From assembly GCA_045837725.1 (NCBI GenBank), contig JBEWZL010000127.1:62001-126000 (forward strand): a DNA stretch of 64,000 nt, read 5' to 3'. The notes under the pieces are model-generated. The model was given only the letters and a program-made list of their open reading frames with translations, had not been told where the DNA came from and ran no database searches. This DNA comes from Vermamoeba vermiformis. Taxonomy: Eukaryota. The position numbers and the translations under genes were made by a program. Positions 60,029-64,000 of the stretch are shown piece by piece (within the stretch, counting starts at the first letter, position 1; every line of letters begins with the position of its first letter).

Positions 60029-63000
60029 ATGGAACACAACAATAAGAAACGTAAACTTGACAGTGATGAATCAGAGGTGCATCACCCGCACAAAAAGAGA
60101 AGAATCGAGTCCGATCTGTCAACGAATGTTGTTCTGCCTACAGAAATAATGCTGGAAATATTCGAAAAATTATCTCCCAGTGATTTTAATGCCTGCGCGA
60201 AGGTCTGCAAGTACTGGTACGAATGCTCGTCAAATAATCATCAGTGGATTTACTTTGGCGAGGCTCAATACGAACTAGATCTGCGAAAAACCGAGCGAAA
60301 ATTCTACGAATCTCTTCTCGCCGACATCCCCCACCAAGTATTTGCCAAGAAATCAGTCTGTGAGACCAACTATCAAAAACCATTTTCAGTGAACTGGACC
60401 GGATCTGCATGTACGCGCCATTTTCAACATTTAACAATAATTACTTATTACTATTATTATAGTGCAAGTCATGAACGAGAAGGGTACTATTGCCACGTCC
60501 GTAAATTTCCCTTTTGGCCCGAAGTGCAATGTCAATGTCATCACAGAGTATTTGCGCGACAATATCTCCGTGAACTGTCCCGAGTGGCGAATTGATGCCT
60601 ATGCCTGCACAACATTTGACTCCTCATTTAAGACGACTAACCACTACCTCACGTTTAAACTCTACATCAACGATAAAGCGTAAGTGGATTCACATCCGCG
60701 ATCTGGCTAACGGAATTTCGTAGTCTTCAGGCCGCAGCAAATAGTGGCACCATCAGGTCATTTCCAAAATTAGAACTCATCCTCAAGTTCGGAGTCACCA
60801 GCGATGTGTGGGATTTGATCGACACTGAAATTCTGAAGTTTAAACAACGTACTAACGCACGCATTCCCTATGTACGTTATATCACCTTGTAGGCGAGTCG
60901 AGAACTAACTTGCTTCATTAGATACCGCCAAAGATGAAGGCACCCAAAGGTCTGAAAGAGGGCTTTACAGTGGCACAGATATCAACTCGAGTGCATCAGT
61001 TGGATGAAGTCCATTGAAGACAATGTTGACAAAGGTAAGACGAATCGATATAACTATTCTATTACTGACTGCTACGACAAAGAGTTCAAGTACTGTGATT
61101 TGACACCGTGGCGAGCATCACGTGCCAATTTGTTGTTTGACTTGCACAACGAAAAGATCCTCACACCAGAAGCAGTCGATGAATACATCGGAACATTCAA
61201 GTCTCGTGGAGGTGTCCTCGCAGATGCAGTGGGACTTGGTAAAACACTTGAGAGTACGTGGCCTCTCTCGTTAACTTTACATGCCCACTAACACGTGACA
61301 GTGATTGGATTGGCGTTAGCTACACAAAGCCGTAATTTACCAGAATACGACCAAAACGGTTTATTTAACACTAAGGCGTCGTTAGGTAAGCACTGGTGTG
61401 CTGTAATCGTATTCCGTTGAGTAACTAATTGTTCCTCATGCCAGTCATTTGCTCGAGTCACATCGCACTACAATGGGCCTCTGAGATAGCCAAGTTCACG
61501 CAGCTGAAAGTCACACTCGTAACAAGTGTCAAAGAGGCAACTGAAGTGACGTACGGCGATGTGATTGAATCTGGTATGTGACACGTGTCAAACACAACAT
61601 CAAGATGAAGCTAACCTGCACGACCAGACTTTGTTATCGTCGCGACATCGCTATTCAAAAACAAGTCCTATTTGTCGCTTGGTTGCGCTCAGAACATTGT
61701 GTCTCTAAGTCCTAAGCTGTTGACAGTCCGTTCTAATCACCTGGACAGCAGCTTAAAGGCACGATATTGCATCACAAGCATACGAACAAACTAACGATCT
61801 ATTTCCTAATTAGGAAGTGAAGAAAAAGAAGAACAGGCGTAGTATTGCTGGTGCTCCGCTCGATCACTTCCATTTTAAGCGAATTATTGTCGATGAAGCG
61901 CACGAAGTGTTGCTCGATCACTTCATTCTCAGTAAGTAGACGCCTTTACTTAGTAACCAGAATGACCTTATTTTAGCTCTCTTGACGAGACAAGCCAAAG
62001 ACTACTGCTGGTACGTTAGTGCCACGCCATTCGTGTCAGAGTAAGTACAATTGCACAGCTAGATTAGTCATTATGCCTGGCCACTAATTATTGTTGCACA
62101 GTCGGTTGTTCGATTCTGTGAAGATTTTTTTGGGCATTTGGCCTCCCGACTTCAAACTTCAAACAACTCTCGCTGATCTATACGAGCAGTAAGTATATAT
62201 ATATACATTTACCATATTTCTCACGGTTCACTTTGTCGCTAGTTACGTGGAGATGGATTTGATCATGAAACATCTCGTTTGGCGCAACACCAAGGAGAGT
62301 ATTCAAGACGAATATAACGTGCCTGATTATGAAGAGGAAGTCGTGTGGGTCGATTGTCATCCAATTGAAACCAAGTTCTATCAGCGTAACAGTACGACGA
62401 CTGATCGATCGACAACATTAGTGTCTTTAACAAAGTTCTAACTAAGATTCATCAGGCATCAATTGGCGAGATGGCCCTCGTTATTTAAATATACCGTTGG
62501 ATAGTTACAAAGACGATGAAATCTACCATTTGAAGGCAAGTCCGAGGTTTTCAGTTCAAAATATTTAATAATGTTTCGCAACGGCAGAGATACTACCCCC
62601 ATAAAACGAAGGAATTGGAAGCATGGTACTCTGTGGTGCGTAATTAATTATAGGTTATCGCTTTGATTTTGACACCTGTCATTTTTTTTGCAGCCGTACG
62701 TTCTGAGCTGCACGAACATAGCGTACAAAGAATTGAAAGTGCTAAACGAATATGGCAGTAAATATGCAAAGATATTAGCTTGGTTGGAAGAGCGAATCGA
62801 AGAAGATGAATCCAACCGATTTTTGTTCTTTTCAACGGTACGAAAACTCCTCTCGACAATGACTCTAATTGAATTATTTTGACTAGGAAAACACATCGCT
62901 TTGGCTATTAGGGCAAATGTTGACTGAAAATGGCATTTCTTACTCAAAATTTGACGGGTAATGTGGTGAAATTACGTAAAAATATGCTGACGCTTTCAAG

Positions 63001-63442
63001 CAATGTGACCCAAAAGGCTAAAGGCCTGAAGCAGTTCAAAGAAGATAACGTCAAAGTGATGCTGCTGAGTCTCGTCAAGTCAGCGTCAGGACTGAACTTG
63101 ATCGAAGCCAATTACATCGTGTTGATGGATCCCATGATAGGTTCGGTCGAAGAGTCACGTGCATATGAACTGCAAGCATTGGGCAGAGCTCATCGTCAAG
63201 GACAAGATCAGACCGTACGTTTAGTTAGATTTGTGCTGAAAAACACATTCGAAGAAGAGCTTTACAACCGCAACAAATCCAACGGCAGAGGTAAAATAAT
63301 ATCACATAGCAAACGTGTTATTAAGATGTTCGATCAAGATTCAGAGGATCAAAAGGCTACATTACAACGCAGTGGCAGTTCCCTTCAGTTGTGGGCTAGA
63401 TCGTCGAGTGCTGCGTCGTTGCGTCAAATGATGGAAAAATAA
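60029..63442 (+). CDS. F-box + SNF2-family helicase, tandem copy 2; +1 frameshift at ~60967 (possible pseudogene or assembly error)
   Basis: Same exon structure and motifs as copy 1. GGCTTTACAGTGG versus copy 1 GGCTTCAAGTGG adds one base and gives a premature stop near 61015. Confidence 0.85.
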
Positions 63443-63665
63443 TCGGATCTGTTGGTCAAGAAAAACTTACGCTAGCTTTTATTATTATTAAACGATAAAA
63501 TTTCTCATATTATACTACTTTTATATTCGAATTCAGGGGTGGCGCCAACTTCGTGAGCGGTTTTTTGCAGCTTCCGTTGCAACTTTTCTTTTTGTTTCTG
63601 GCCTTGCTCAGTTAGCAGGCTGTGCTTGTTTAAAATATTAGAAGCACAAATAATATTTATTTTGA

Positions 63666-64000
63666 ATGGCGAGCGTATTAATTGAGAAGCTTGCTCACAA
63701 GCCACAACTCCAACCAAATCCACTATGCGACAGGAAAATATCAAATGACAATAATATTAAGAATAACAATGACGGCCAAAATAATTGCGAATTATTGGAA
63801 GTGATTGCGGATTTGTTGGTTCAAAGGAAAATTACTGAAAATCGTATCTCACTCCAAATTAAAGAAAAAAAAGGCAATAGTACGCATTAAATCTCATAAC
63901 TAGACGCAATTTAATTAATGAAATTATATTTTAGGGTTGGTGATTGGAGATCTGGCGCGTAATTTGCATTATGAAGTTTGGTGGCACGATAATAGGCGAG
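63666..64000 (+). CDS. 5' part of a gene of unknown function, running off the window
   Basis: ATG ORF with an Asn-rich stretch, intron-like gtacgc...ttttag, then an open exon to the window end. Confidence 0.45.

Noticed and set aside
105-63890. Many short or antisense ORFs in the six-frame track, and frequent in-frame stops suggesting an alternative genetic code
   Set aside because: These are shadows of real exons or read-through into introns. Standard-code splicing explains the stops, and genes end in TAA, TAG and TGA.

Overview
Gene-dense eukaryotic nuclear DNA with standard genetic code and many short (~45-60 nt) GT-AG introns with YTRAY branch sites. Gene content (RalGAP-beta, PX-C2-arrestin, a kinase resembling Entamoeba TMKs, giant-virus-type ankyrin repeats) suggests an amoeboid protist, probably Amoebozoa; this is inference. 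About 28 protein genes can be reconstructed by eye, and many (8 F-box-like, 3 BTB) are cullin-ligase adaptors. Main observations: (1) an identical tRNA-Met(CAT) gene with shared flanks sits in the sense orientation inside an enlarged intron of each of two unrelated convergent genes (RhoGAP and KDM5), forming a ~155-bp inverted repeat; (2) a densely base-pairable ~370-nt region with two candidate alternative splice donors and uORFs precedes a bacterial-like RibD C-terminal/DHFR-family gene; (3) a very large membrane protein has ~27 hydrophobic D-x-P...WR repeats, repeat-aligned phase-0 introns and an internal F-box; (4) the palindrome TGACACGTGTCA occurs at least 7 times, 6 of them in introns; (5) a tandem F-box-SNF2 helicase pair shows patchy homogenisation. 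All gene models are manual and unverified; coordinates of multi-exon genes span introns.
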